A stretch of DNA of 64,000 bases from an uncultured Fibrobacteraceae bacterium (GTDB taxonomy: Bacteria > Krumholzibacteriota > Krumholzibacteriia > LZORAL124-64-63): assembly GCA_964524645.1 (NCBI GenBank), contig CAZGEC010000002.1:5005-69004 (forward strand), in the 5' to 3' direction. Both the position numbers and the translations under genes were made by a program. A model generated the notes under the pieces. It saw nothing but the letters and a program-made list of their open reading frames with translations. It was not told the origin of the DNA and did no database searches. Below, piece by piece: positions 40,066 to 51,100 of the stretch (the first letter of the stretch is position 1; each line of letters opens with the position of its first letter).

Positions 40066-40395
40066 AGCCCGCTCGCCGGTCCTCCCGCGTTGCAGAATGT
40101 TACGTCGGCGTTGAACCACCGAACTGAAAGAAACCCTTCACTGCCTGGCGATTCCCGCCCCGTGCCCCGTTCCGCCGCGGGATGTGTTACGGATTGCAAC
40201 AATGGGAATCAGCCGCCGCGCGACGGCGAGACGGGACGACGCCTCCAGCCCCGGCCGGTCTCCGAGCATGCAAGCAAGCTCCAGGCAAGTCGTTACATGA
40301 ATCGAGCCCCGGAGATCCGGCGCCGTGCGGCGGCCGACCCGGCCGGGCCCGAGACTTGCCCCTGTCCCCGGCGGATGTCGGCATGGACGTGGATC

Positions 40396-40818
40396 ATGAA
40401 GCAGTACAAGAGGATCCTGGTGTTGCTGGAGGGCCTCGCGGTCAGGCGGGAGGTGATCCAGTACGCCGCGGCCCTGGCCCAGCGGATCAACGCGCGCATC
40501 ACGCTGTTGATGCTGCTGCCCAACGAGGCGGGCAGCGGCAGCGACGGCGTCGATCCTGTCGCGCAGGGGGAGATCATCCTGGAGCAGGAGACGAAGCGCC
40601 TCGCGGGCAGCGGCGTTCCGGTCCAGTACGAGGTGATCAGGGGCGATCCCCGCTCCGAGCTGATCAAGTTCATGGCGATCAATCTCTCGTTCGACACGGC
40701 CGTGTGGGGCGGGGACCCGATCGCCCTGCGCCCCGGTTCGGGCCACCTGGCGGATCACTGGATCTCCACCATCGGGAAGCAGCTCGCCTGTCCCCTGGTC
40801 GCGCCGACCAGGAGATGA
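40396..40818 (+). CDS. universal stress protein (UspA family)
   Basis: Begins MKQYKRILVLLEG...VIQYAAALAQ. The ATP-binding glycine motif region is present. Confidence 0.75.
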   Translation: MKQYKRILVLLEGLAVRREVIQYAAALAQRINARITLLMLLPNEAGSGSDGVDPVAQGEIILEQETKRLAGSGVPVQYEVIRGDPRSELIKFMAINLSFDTAVWGGDPIALRPGSGHLADHWISTIGKQLACPLVAPTRR

Positions 40819-40858
40819 CAGGCGGCGGACAGCGGCACAACGGAGGGACGGAAGGCGC

Positions 40859-42370
40859 ATGCGGAACATTTGCATCTCGCGGGGAAGCTACTCCCAGGGC
40901 AAGGAGCTGGCCGAGGTGCTGGCCCGGAAGCTCGGCTGCGAATGCCTCAGCCGAGAGGACCTCGTGGAGGAGGCGACGAAGGCGGGCATCGCCGTCGGCA
41001 AGCTGGAGACGGCCATGCTCAAGCCCGGCAGCTTCAACGAGCGCCTGCTGCTCGAGAAGGAGCACTATCATGCCTTCGTGACCGCCCGGCTCTGCGAGAG
41101 GATGCTCGGATCGGACCTGGTCTATCACGGCCGCACCGGACACCTGTTGCTGCCCGGCGTCTCCCACGTCCTGCGCATCCGGGTGGTGGAAAGCCTCGAC
41201 GGCCGCATCAACTCGGCGATGGCGAAGCTCAGGATCCCCAGGGAGAAGGCGCGCAGGTACCTGGAGAGTGTCGACGACGACATGCGGCGCTGGGTGCGGA
41301 CCTTCTACGACGTGGACTGGGAGACCGCCGGCCACTACGACCTGGTCGTGAACCTGGAACAGATGAGCACGGGCAACGCATCCGCGGCGCTGTGCTCGGT
41401 GGCCGCGCTGCCCGACTTCGAGACCACGCCCGCCTCCCGCCAGGCCATGGAAAACCTCCTGCTGGCCGCCCAGGTCCGCCTCGAGCTCGCGAGGGAGGAG
41501 CGGACCCGCGACAGCTCGTTCCGCGTGCTGGCGGAGCGCGGCGTGGTCCTGGTCACCTATCAGCCCCGCGACGCCAGGGTGGCCGAGTTCGTGCCCGCTG
41601 TCGTGCACCGCGTGCCCGGCATCAGCGAGCTGCGCTGCACGATGGCCTCCACCAGCATCCTGTGGATCCAGGAGGAGTTCGACGCGGCCGCTGAGTCGTA
41701 CCGCCAGGTCGTCCAGCTGGCCAGGCGCTGGAACGCGGCCGTGGAGCTGCTGCGCTTCGTGCCCGGAGGGACCGAGGAGGTCGGGCCCGCGACCGCGCCG
41801 CCCGGCGCCGCGGCGACGGCCCCCCGGAGCCGGGAGTACAACGGCGGCATCGAGGACGACGTCGAGCATCCGGCCGAGGGCGAGGACGGCGGCCTGCGCC
41901 GCACCCAGGACAGCCTGGCCGGGGACGGCGTGGCGGGTGGAGCCCACGTCGCCTGCTGCCGGCCGGACCGGCTGCTGGACAAGCTCGACAGCCGGGTGAA
42001 GTACACCCTCGTGGTGGTGGGCAACGTGTTCCTGCAGAGCGGCGAGGCGGCGCGGGTCCGCAAGACCCGGGAGCTCACGAGCACGCTGAGCGACATCCTG
42101 AAGGCGCCGGTGGTCGGGGCCGACGAGCTGAAGAAGACCTACATGTTCAGCCCCGGACAGGCCGTGAAGCAGATCCTCTACCTCGCGCTGGTGGCCGCGG
42201 TCTTCGTCCTGGTCTTCACGCATCAGGAGACGGTCGTGAAGCTCCTGCACAGCGAGGGGACGCGCGCGAAGCTGCTGGCGGCCATCGGGGTCGGCGTGCT
42301 CGTACCGTGCTTCGCGTACCTGTACGGCACGGTCACCAAGTTCCTGCTGAAGCTGATCAGGATCGAGTAG
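40859..42370 (+). CDS. cytidylate-kinase-like family (PF13189-type) protein fused to a C-terminal membrane-anchored region
   Basis: N-terminus MRNICISRGSYSQGKELAEVLARKLGCECLSRE... is typical of the Cytidylate_kin2 family. The C-terminus has a hydrophobic helix, ILYLALVAAVFVLVF. Confidence 0.5.
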   Translation: MRNICISRGSYSQGKELAEVLARKLGCECLSREDLVEEATKAGIAVGKLETAMLKPGSFNERLLLEKEHYHAFVTARLCERMLGSDLVYHGRTGHLLLPGVSHVLRIRVVESLDGRINSAMAKLRIPREKARRYLESVDDDMRRWVRTFYDVDWETAGHYDLVVNLEQMSTGNASAALCSVAALPDFETTPASRQAMENLLLAAQVRLELAREERTRDSSFRVLAERGVVLVTYQPRDARVAEFVPAVVHRVPGISELRCTMASTSILWIQEEFDAAAESYRQVVQLARRWNAAVELLRFVPGGTEEVGPATAPPGAAATAPRSREYNGGIEDDVEHPAEGEDGGLRRTQDSLAGDGVAGGAHVACCRPDRLLDKLDSRVKYTLVVVGNVFLQSGEAARVRKTRELTSTLSDILKAPVVGADELKKTYMFSPGQAVKQILYLALVAAVFVLVFTHQETVVKLLHSEGTRAKLLAAIGVGVLVPCFAYLYGTVTKFLLKLIRIE

Positions 42371-42380
42371 GAGGCCAGCG

Positions 42381-43478
42381 ATGATTCCTCACATTCTCTC
42401 GGACATGTTCATCGAGCTGAACCTGAGCACGGCCATCCAGGTCGTCGTCCTCGGGTTCATCGGCGGAATCCTGAGCGGCTTCATCGGGAGCGGAGGCGCC
42501 TTCTTCATGACCCCGGGCATGATGAACCTCGGGGTGCCGGGCGTCGTCGCGGTGGGGAGCAACATCACCCACAAGTTCGGCAAGGCGATGATGGGCTCCC
42601 GGATGCACGGCGAGCTGGGCAACGTGGACCGCAAGCTGGGCATCTTCCTGATCCTGACCTCCTTCGTGGGGATCCGGTTCGCGGTCTGGCTGAACACCAT
42701 GCTCTTCGAGGGCGGCACGGGCGGCCACGGCGAGGGGGGCAGCGCCGCCGCGGACCTCTACATCTCGCTGATCTTCGTCTGCATCCTGTCCCTGGTGGCC
42801 ATCTCCATGCTGCGGGACGCGCTCAGGGCCACCAAGGAGGACAGCGGCCCCTCCCAGCGGATCGCCGAGTATCTCTCCCGCCTCAAGCTGTTTCCGATGA
42901 TCCACTTCCCGGTGGCCGACGTGCGGGTCTCCCTCTGGGTGATCAGCGCGGTGGGCTTGGCCACGGGCTATCTCGCCGGCACGATCGGCGTCGGCGGCTT
43001 CATCGGGGTGCCGGCCATGATCTACGTCTTCGGCGTGCCCACCGCCGTGGCCGCGGGCACCGAGCTTTTCCTGGCCATGTTCATGGGAGCGTTCGGCGCC
43101 CTGAACTACGCCTTCCAGGGCTTCGTGGACCTCCGTCTCACCCTGCTCCTGTACCTGGGCTCCCTGGTCGGCATCTACATCGGGGCGTACGGGACGAAGG
43201 TCGTCAAGGAGATCATCATCCGCATCGTCACGGGAGTGATCATCATCCTCTGCGTCATCAGCCGCGCCATCGCCATACCCATGTACCTGAGGCAGCTCGG
43301 CTACGTGGAGATGAATCCCGAGTGGGACCGGTACTTCAACCAGGCCAGCAAGATCATGCTGTTCGCCGCTGGCATCTCGGGCTGCGCCATCATCCTGTGG
43401 AACGTGTACCGGGGCTACCAGCGGAGGAAGCAGGTGGCCTCGACGCTGAAGATCGCACGGGCCGAAACCGTCGCATGA
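42381..43478 (+). CDS. TauE/SafE (TSUP family) sulfite/anion exporter
   Basis: Two halves share the Gly-rich FIGSGGAFFMTPGM / IGVGGFIGVPAMIY motifs. Confidence 0.8.
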   Translation: MIPHILSDMFIELNLSTAIQVVVLGFIGGILSGFIGSGGAFFMTPGMMNLGVPGVVAVGSNITHKFGKAMMGSRMHGELGNVDRKLGIFLILTSFVGIRFAVWLNTMLFEGGTGGHGEGGSAAADLYISLIFVCILSLVAISMLRDALRATKEDSGPSQRIAEYLSRLKLFPMIHFPVADVRVSLWVISAVGLATGYLAGTIGVGGFIGVPAMIYVFGVPTAVAAGTELFLAMFMGAFGALNYAFQGFVDLRLTLLLYLGSLVGIYIGAYGTKVVKEIIIRIVTGVIIILCVISRAIAIPMYLRQLGYVEMNPEWDRYFNQASKIMLFAAGISGCAIILWNVYRGYQRRKQVASTLKIARAETVA

Positions 43479-43499
43479 CGTGATCAGGAGGCTCCTTCC

Positions 43500-43898
43500 A
43501 TGGACAAGGCGCTGAGAATCATGGTCGTGGACGACGAGTCGATCGTCGGCCGGCGTCTCAAGCCGGCGCTGGAGAAGTCGGGGTACCAGGTCGAGGTGTT
43601 CGAGGACGGCAAGAGCGCCATCGATCGGATCGCCCTGGAACCGTTCGACATCGTCGTCACGGACGTTCGCATGGACGAGATCGACGGCATGCAGGTGCTG
43701 CAGCAGGTCCTCACCAGCTCGCCCCGCACCAAGGTCATCATCATCACCGGCTATGCCACGGTGGAACTCGCGCGCGAGGCGCTGATCAAGGGGGCCTTCG
43801 ACTTCATCGCCAAGCCGTTCAAGCCGGACGATCTGCGCAACGTCATCGAGAAGGCCGCCCGCAAGCTCCGCGAGGAGCAGGAGTCCGGCGAGCGGTGA
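43500..43898 (+). CDS. single-domain response regulator (CheY-like receiver)
   Basis: Begins IMVVDDESIV and contains DIVVTDVRMDEIDG and KVIIITGYA. Confidence 0.85.
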   Translation: MDKALRIMVVDDESIVGRRLKPALEKSGYQVEVFEDGKSAIDRIALEPFDIVVTDVRMDEIDGMQVLQQVLTSSPRTKVIIITGYATVELAREALIKGAFDFIAKPFKPDDLRNVIEKAARKLREEQESGER

Positions 43899-43923
43899 AG
43901 CGGGCCGGGCCCGGGGAGGGCAG

Positions 43924-46410
43924 GTGATGAACACGGAGCGTCCAGCGGCCGCCGCCGGCAAGCTGACGGACCTGAGCTTCCGTCTCCAGTACGAGACCCT
44001 GCGCTCGCTGCTCTTCAAGAACGGCGTCGCCCTGCAGCTGATGGCCGATCTGGAGGCGGATCTGAATCATCTGGACCACTCCGATGCGCACATCCAGCGC
44101 CCGGTGCAGCGGCTGCTGGACGAGACCCTCCTGATGGCCCAGGAGCTGAACATCCTCACCGGCAACCGCCACCGGTCGCTCTACGGCGTGATCGAGAGCA
44201 TCCACGGACAGCTCCGGGCGGTGTTCGCGGCGGAGCCGGAGAGCGGGCGCTGGCCGCTGGCCGTCCCGCTGAGCGCGGACGAGGCCTTCACTTCGCGCAT
44301 CGTGGGGGGCAAGGCCGCCGGCCTGGCGACCCTGCGGCAGCACTTCCCCGACCGCATCCCGGAGGGGTTCGTCATCACCACGGCCGCCTATCGCGCCTTC
44401 ATCGAGGCGAACGGGCTGACCGACCGCATCCGGCTCCTGCTCGGGGATCTCGACGTGATGACGGACCATCCGCGATTCCGGGAACGGACCGGGGCGATCC
44501 GGGAGCTGATCCTCGCCGCCCCCGTGCCGGAGCCCATCCGCGAGGCGATCCAGCGCCAGGCCGACCGCGTAGCCGGCGCCGCGGCGGGGACCTGGGCCGT
44601 CCGCTCGAGCGCCTGGAAGGAGGACGAGGCATTCTCCTTCGCGGGCCAGTTCGACAGCAAGCTGAACGTCCGGACCGCCGACCTCACCGACGCCTACCGG
44701 GCCGTGCTGGCCAGCCGGTTCTCCAACCGCGCTGTCGCCTACCGCCTGCACTGCGGGCTGCGCGAGGTGGACACGCCCATGGCGGTCCTCTTCATGCCCA
44801 TGATCGACGCCCGGGCGGCCGGGGTGATCTACACCGCCGATCCGCAGCACCCGGACTCCGGCTGCATGGTGCTCTGCGCGGTCCGCGGCTTGGCCGACCG
44901 CATGATCCGGGGGGAGGAGGAGGGCGAGATCCAGTACCTCGCCCGGTCCCCGCAAGCGGAGCAGGTGCCGGCCAGGCAGGCGCCGCGGCACGGCGCCGCG
45001 GGCGGAGCCGGGGAGGCGTCCGTCGTCGCCGAGAGCATCGCCGCCGAGATCGGTCGCCTCGCCGACAGTGCGGCCCGGGCGCTCGGGCACGAGATGGATC
45101 TGGAGTGGGTGCTGGATCGGCAGGATCGACTCTGGCTGCTGCAGGGACGCCGGCTGCGCGTGTCCGGGCCGGAGCGCGCCCGAGCCGGCGGGGCCGGACG
45201 GGAACCGCCCCTGCTCGAGAGCGGCTTCACGCTGGCCCCCGGGCGGGCCGAGGGGCCGGTGGAGTGCCTGCGGGCGCAGCAGGCGCCGGAGATCCGGCGC
45301 CAGGCCCCGGTCCTGGTGATCGACCAGGGCACGCCCGCCTTCGCCCCCCTGCTCCCGCGCATCGCGGCGCTGCTGATCGAGCACGGCAATCCGGTGGGAC
45401 ACCTGGCGGCGCTGGTCCGCGAGTTCAGGGTGCCCGCCATCTACGGCCTGGAGGACGGCGCCCGACTGCTCCGGCCCGACGACGTGATCAGCGTGGACGC
45501 CACCCGGCGCCGGATCTACCGGGGCTCCCGCTGGCCGGAGGTCCGGGACCGGGTGCTGGCCCGCGTCGCCTCGCCGTCCTCGCGCACGCCCGCGGGTCCC
45601 CTCCACGAGCTGGTGCTCGCCCTGAACCTCACCGATCCCTATGCCTCCTCCTTCAAGGCCCGCAACTGCCGCTCCATCCACGACGTGATCCGCTTCATCC
45701 ACGAGATGTCGGTGCGCTCGATGTTCCGCCTGGGCGATCGTCAGAACCGCTTCTGGAAGAGCTCCCTCAAGCGGCTCGACTCGCGGCTGCCGATCAAGCT
45801 GCGGCTGGTCGACCTGGACGGCTGCACGCCGGCGGGGAAGTCCCGGCTCGGGCCGGAGGAGGTCGAAAGCCGGCCCTTCCAGGCTCTCTGGCGCGGGGTG
45901 GCGGATCCCCGCGTCGCCTGGGACCGGAAGCAGGTCCACCACCTCGAGAACATGCCGCGCGACTTCGTCGAGCAGGTCCTGGGGGGCTCGCGGGGCCCGC
46001 GACGCTCCGGGGACGCCAACTACGCCATCGTCGCCGCGGACTACCTGAACTTCAACGCCCGCTTCGCCTTCCACTACGCCATGCTCGATGCGATCGTGAG
46101 CCCGAGCAAGGAGAGCAACCACGTGCACTTCCGCTTCCGGGGCGGAGGCGGCGACGAGGCCCAGCGCATCCGCCGGGCCACCTTCCTGGAAACGGTCCTG
46201 CGCCATCACCACTTCGGGGTGGATCGGCGGGGCGATCTCGTGACCGCCTGGCTGCGCAGCTATCCCCGGGCCGACTCGGAGCGCGCCCTGGAGATGCTGG
46301 GACGCCTGATGGCCTGTTCCCGGCAGCTTGACATGTTCCTCGTGAGCGATGATATGATCGAGGCGTTCATCCAGCGGTTCCTGAGCGAGGACTACTCGGC
46401 ATTCCGATGA
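43924..46410 (+). CDS. PEP-utilising enzyme (PEP synthase / pyruvate, water dikinase family) with an extra ~350-aa C-terminal domain
   Basis: PPDK_N/ATP-grasp blocks include GGKAAGLATLRQ. The swivel phospho-His motif is GNPVGHLAALVREFRVPAIYG. A long C-terminal extension follows. Confidence 0.7.
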   Translation: MMNTERPAAAAGKLTDLSFRLQYETLRSLLFKNGVALQLMADLEADLNHLDHSDAHIQRPVQRLLDETLLMAQELNILTGNRHRSLYGVIESIHGQLRAVFAAEPESGRWPLAVPLSADEAFTSRIVGGKAAGLATLRQHFPDRIPEGFVITTAAYRAFIEANGLTDRIRLLLGDLDVMTDHPRFRERTGAIRELILAAPVPEPIREAIQRQADRVAGAAAGTWAVRSSAWKEDEAFSFAGQFDSKLNVRTADLTDAYRAVLASRFSNRAVAYRLHCGLREVDTPMAVLFMPMIDARAAGVIYTADPQHPDSGCMVLCAVRGLADRMIRGEEEGEIQYLARSPQAEQVPARQAPRHGAAGGAGEASVVAESIAAEIGRLADSAARALGHEMDLEWVLDRQDRLWLLQGRRLRVSGPERARAGGAGREPPLLESGFTLAPGRAEGPVECLRAQQAPEIRRQAPVLVIDQGTPAFAPLLPRIAALLIEHGNPVGHLAALVREFRVPAIYGLEDGARLLRPDDVISVDATRRRIYRGSRWPEVRDRVLARVASPSSRTPAGPLHELVLALNLTDPYASSFKARNCRSIHDVIRFIHEMSVRSMFRLGDRQNRFWKSSLKRLDSRLPIKLRLVDLDGCTPAGKSRLGPEEVESRPFQALWRGVADPRVAWDRKQVHHLENMPRDFVEQVLGGSRGPRRSGDANYAIVAADYLNFNARFAFHYAMLDAIVSPSKESNHVHFRFRGGGGDEAQRIRRATFLETVLRHHHFGVDRRGDLVTAWLRSYPRADSERALEMLGRLMACSRQLDMFLVSDDMIEAFIQRFLSEDYSAFR

Positions 46411-48035
46411 AGCGGCCAGACCACCAAGCCCCGGACGGCGGCCAGGACGTCGCGAACGCCCAGGGCGGCGGAAGCACCCTGGACGGGACCTTTCTGCCGG
46501 ATCAGGAAGACGCGCTGAAGTCGGAGCTGGAGCTGGAGAAGGAGCGTCTCACCCACCGGCCGACCCTCCGCATCCGCACTCGCATCACGCTCTCCTTCCT
46601 CTTCGTGTTCGCCTTCTGCGTCGTCATCACGCTCTGGATCATGTACACCCTCTCGCGGATCCAGGAGAAGACCCGTTTTCTCGAGCTGGCGGACAGCTAC
46701 ATGAGTGAGATCCAGCAGGCCCGCCGCTTCGAGAAGAACTTCCTCCTGTACGGCACGAATCTCGAGGATGCCCAGGAGCACCTGCACAACGCTCAGGATC
46801 TGCTGAACGTCAACCGCAACATGGTGCGCAAGATCCTCGGTCCCCGGAACCTCGGCACCCTGTCGCAGCACGTGTCCGATTACGACCGGCTGCTGACGAA
46901 GCTGGGGGAGGCGCCAGAGGGTCCCCGGCGGGAGGCGATGGAGGCGGAGCTGCGCCTGCACGGTTCGGAGATGATCTCCTTCGCCATGGACTTCTCGGGT
47001 CAGGAACGGAGGGCCGTCGATCACACCTTCATGCTGGCCCGCCGGGTCCCGTTCGTCTTCCTGGGCGTCCTGCTGCTGACCATGCTGATCATCGCGCGGT
47101 TCTTGACCCGGCAGTTCCTCGGCACGCTGTCCCGCTTCATGGAGTACACCCGCCGCATCGGCGAGGGCAACTTCTCGCCCATCACGCCGGTGCGCAAGTA
47201 CAGCGACGAGTTCAGCCAGCTGGCCCTGGCCTTCAACCAGATGATCTACGAGCTGGATCATCGCCAGCGGATCCTCGTGGAATCGCACAAGGTGCGGGCG
47301 ATCGGCACGCTGGTGGCGGGCGTGGCCCACGAGCTGAACAATCCCTTGAACAACATCATGCTGACCGCGGCCCTGCTGCTGGAGGATCACAAGAACCTGA
47401 GCGAGGAGGAGCTGCGCGAGATGATCGGAGACGTGATCGGCGAGACCGAGCGCTCCCAGAAGATCGTGCGCAACCTGCTCGACTTCGCCCGCGAGAGCGA
47501 GATCAAGGTCAAGCCGCTGCACCTGGGCGAGATCGTGGAGAACGCCGTCCGCCTGGTGGGCAATCAGGTCAAGATGCACAAGATCCGGCTCGAGGTGGAG
47601 ATCGGCAAGGACCTGCCGACGATCCACGGCGACAGCCAGATGCTCTGCCAGGTCTTCGTGAACCTGATCCTGAACGCCGTCGACGTGCTGCCGGAAAGGG
47701 GCCGCATCCAGGTGCGCGCGTTCCGGAGCGACGAGAAAGGCTACCTGGCGGTGGAGATCGCGGACAACGGGCCGGGCATCCCGGAGCACATCCTGCCGCG
47801 GATCTTCGAGCCCTTCTTCACGACGAAGACCAAGGGGAAGGGCACGGGCCTCGGTCTGTCCGTGTCCCGGGGCATCATCGGCAAGCTCGGCGGTTACATT
47901 CGCGTCAGGAGCAAGGTCGGCGAGGGCACCGTCTTCACCGTTCTGCTGCCGACGACCAACATCCCCTTCGAGGCGACCGGACCCGCCCGGGACGAGACGG
48001 CTCCCCTCGTCTCCTCGCCGCCGTCGGCGCCGTGA
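46407..48035 (+). CDS. sensor histidine kinase (TM-HAMP-HisKA-HATPase)
   Basis: The H-box is HELNNPLNNI. N, G1 and G2 boxes are NLILNAVD, DNGPGI and GTGLGLS. ATGA overlaps the stop of the previous gene. Confidence 0.85.
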   Translation: MKRPDHQAPDGGQDVANAQGGGSTLDGTFLPDQEDALKSELELEKERLTHRPTLRIRTRITLSFLFVFAFCVVITLWIMYTLSRIQEKTRFLELADSYMSEIQQARRFEKNFLLYGTNLEDAQEHLHNAQDLLNVNRNMVRKILGPRNLGTLSQHVSDYDRLLTKLGEAPEGPRREAMEAELRLHGSEMISFAMDFSGQERRAVDHTFMLARRVPFVFLGVLLLTMLIIARFLTRQFLGTLSRFMEYTRRIGEGNFSPITPVRKYSDEFSQLALAFNQMIYELDHRQRILVESHKVRAIGTLVAGVAHELNNPLNNIMLTAALLLEDHKNLSEEELREMIGDVIGETERSQKIVRNLLDFARESEIKVKPLHLGEIVENAVRLVGNQVKMHKIRLEVEIGKDLPTIHGDSQMLCQVFVNLILNAVDVLPERGRIQVRAFRSDEKGYLAVEIADNGPGIPEHILPRIFEPFFTTKTKGKGTGLGLSVSRGIIGKLGGYIRVRSKVGEGTVFTVLLPTTNIPFEATGPARDETAPLVSSPPSAP

Positions 48036-48108
48036 CCCCGGGCGCCGGAGTGTGCTATCCTGGCGCCCGTTCCCCAGGCAGATCCCTCAACACTGCGGCC
48101 GGGCGCCC

Positions 48109-51100
48109 ATGAAGCTCCACGAGCACACCGTCGGCTACGAGACGCCGCTGTTGCCGGCGCTGGCCCGCTGGCTCCTGGAGAACTCGCCCCGCGCGGCCGC
48201 GGGCGATCTGACCGGCACGCTCGTCCTGCTGCCGGCCCGGCGTCCCTGCGAGGGCCTGAAGCACGTCCTGCTGGAGGAGAGCGGTCGCGACGCTCTTCTA
48301 CTGCCGGAGATCACGACCCCGGCCTGGCTGGCCGACGCGGTGGCGGCCCGGCTGGGGCTGCTGGACGCTCCCGTGCCGCCGGAACACCTGCGAGCCCCGC
48401 TGCTGGCGACCCTGCTGGCGCAGCGGGCGGCCCCGCTGTCCTGGCTGGTGTCGACGCCCGAGAGCGCGCCGGGTCTGGCGCGCGAGCTGGTGTCCACCTT
48501 CGACGAGATCCGCCTGTACGGCCTGGTTCCGGACCTGCTGGAGGAGAGCGGCCCGGCCTCCCTCACGCCGGCCGGCAACGGGCCCGCGCTGGAGATCGAC
48601 CAGCGCGACGTGGCGCGCCTGCGCGCCGCCTGGCAGCTGTACCGCGAGCTGATCCCCCGCGATGCTGTCGACCGGCTCCTGGAGGTGCTCGCAGCGCTGC
48701 GGGAACGGAGGAACTGGCCGGCGCCGCCCTGCGAGCGCCTGGCCGCGGCCGGTTTCGTGGCGCTGGATCCGGCCACCGCCGAGCTGATCCGCCGGCTGGC
48801 GGGCGGGCGTGACCTGCACCTCTTCCAGCCGTCCACTCCCGGACCGCTCTGCCGCCTGTTCCTGGCCTCCTACGGGGCGGACCCGGGCCCGCAGCATCCG
48901 CTGGCCCCCGCCAGCGAAGTGGCCGCGCTCCTGGCCGGCGAAGCGGCTTCCGACTCACCGGCCGCCGGCACTGGACCGCCCGATCTCACACCCTACCGCG
49001 AGCAGCTGGAGCGGCTGCGCCCCAAGCTGCGTCGCTGGCCGGACGCTCACACGCTCGACCTGCTGGCCTGCGGCGATCCGGAGGACGAGAGCCGGACCGT
49101 GGCGGCGCTGGTGGCCGCCGAGCTCGCGGCCTGGCAGGCGCGTGGCGATCCGCATCCCCCGCGCATCGGCGTCGCGACGGCCGACACCGTGCTGGCCCGC
49201 CGCATCGCCGCCCAGCTGCGGGACGCGGGCCTGGACTTCGACGACACCGGCGGCATCCCCTTGGCCGAGCTGCCGGCCGGCCGTCTCGCCCGGCAGCTCC
49301 TGCAGGCTGCCCTGACCGGCCTGCGCCATGGGCCCCTGCTGGAGCTGCTGACCCATCCCTTCGTGCGGCTGCGCGAGGACGCGGCCGCCCATCGCAAGTG
49401 GACCCTCCACTTCGAGAAGATGCTCCGCGGCGAGCAGCAGCGGATGGGGCTGCCGAGCTACCTGGAACGGGCGATCGCCTGGGACGAGGCGGTCGCGGAC
49501 CTCTATCGCCAGCGCGACGGCCGGATGCAGGACTTCGTGACGGCCCTGGGCGAGGCCCTGGCGCCGCTGCTGCACAGGGCCGGCGGGGGGGAGGCGGCCT
49601 GGACGGAGCACCTGACCGCGCTGGTCGAGAGCTGGGAGCGCATGGCGCCGGACCGGCCGCTCGGCGGTGCCGAGCTGCCGCCGGATCAGACGGCTCTGGG
49701 CCGCCTGCTGGACGATCTGGGACGCGTTGCCCGCGGCGAGGGGCTGGCCGGAACGCCCCCCCGCCTCGGGTTCGCGGACTTCGCGAACCTCCTGGACCGC
49801 CTGTTGAGCGAGGGACCGCGGTCGCACGTCCGCCCCAACCGGCGCGAGTTCCTGCCGGTGCAGCTGACCGGTCTGCTCGAGGCGCGGCTGGAGGAGTACG
49901 ACCTGCTGATCCTGGCCGGCACAGGGGAGGAGGTCTTTCCCGGCCGCCTGCGCCGGCCGCTGCTGCTCGGCGAGGGGTTCCGCATGGTCATGGACCTACC
50001 CCGCTGGCCGCAGGAGCTGGGGCGGCAGGCCGATCTCTTCCTGCGCCTGCTGCATGCGGGCCGCAGCGTGGTCGTCACCTGGCCCGCCGAGCGGCTGGGT
50101 CAGCCCTGCCTGCCCTCGTCCTTTGTCCTGCGGCTGGCCCTCAGCGGGCTGGTCCCGTGCCAGCGCACGCTGCCCGCTCCCCTGTTTCGCAACGCGAGGG
50201 ATCTGGCCCCCGCCGCCCGGATCGCCGCCGCGCAGGAGCGGTTTCGCAGCGAGCCGGCGGAGATTCCCCTGAGCGCCGCCGGGCGGCCGCTCCGGCGGCT
50301 GAGCCACACGGCCCTGCGGACCTACCTGGACTGCCCCTACCGCTTCCTGCTGGAGCGGGGCTTCGGCCTGCGCGAGGAGGAGGAGGTCCTCGAGGAGTTC
50401 CGCCGCCTCGACTACGGCAGCCGGGTGCACGAGTGCCTGCGGCGTCTCCTCGCCCCCCGGAGTCCCGCCCACGCGGCCCTGGAACGCGGCGAGCGGGAGC
50501 CGGCCCTGACCGAGCTGCAGCGACTGGCGGCCGAGGTCTTCGCGGCGGATGCCGAGGCGCTGCCCCAGAGCCGGCTCTGGGCGGCGACCTTCCGTTCCTG
50601 CGCCCCCGGTCTGGTTGATTACGAGCTGCAGCGCTTCGCCGCCGGCTGGCGACCCTGGTGCCTGGAGCAGTCCTTCGACCTGCCGCTGCGCAAGCTGCGC
50701 GACTGGCTGCTGCGGCAGCCGGCCGCCGCGGAATCCGCTGACGCGCCCGCCGCACCGCCGGAGCTGCCCGCCGACGTGGCGGATCTGCGGCTGGTCGGCA
50801 CCATCGACCGCATCGACCGCCGCGGCGAGGGGGCGGACGCGGCCTGGTCGATTCTGGACTACAAGACCGGGCAAACGCCCACCCTCGCCAGCGTGCGGGA
50901 CGGCCGCGAGCTGCAGATCGTGCTCTACGCCCTGATCGCCGAGGCGGGCGGTCTGTCGGGCGTGCGCGAAGCGCCGCGGCCGGTGGTCGAGGGGGCCTAC
51001 TATCGCGTCCATCCCACGCAGATCGGTTTCGATCCGGAACGTCCGGCGCTGCCTGGCAGCACGCCGGAAGGGCGCCGCATCCTGCAGGAGGGCGCCCGCA

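Noticed and set aside
40066-40395. Sigma-54 promoter upstream of the USP / signalling block
   Set aside because: Several GG...GC candidates (TGGCGATTCCCGCC, AGGCAAGTCGTTACA) were checked. All have wrong -24/-12 spacing or a mismatched GC element.
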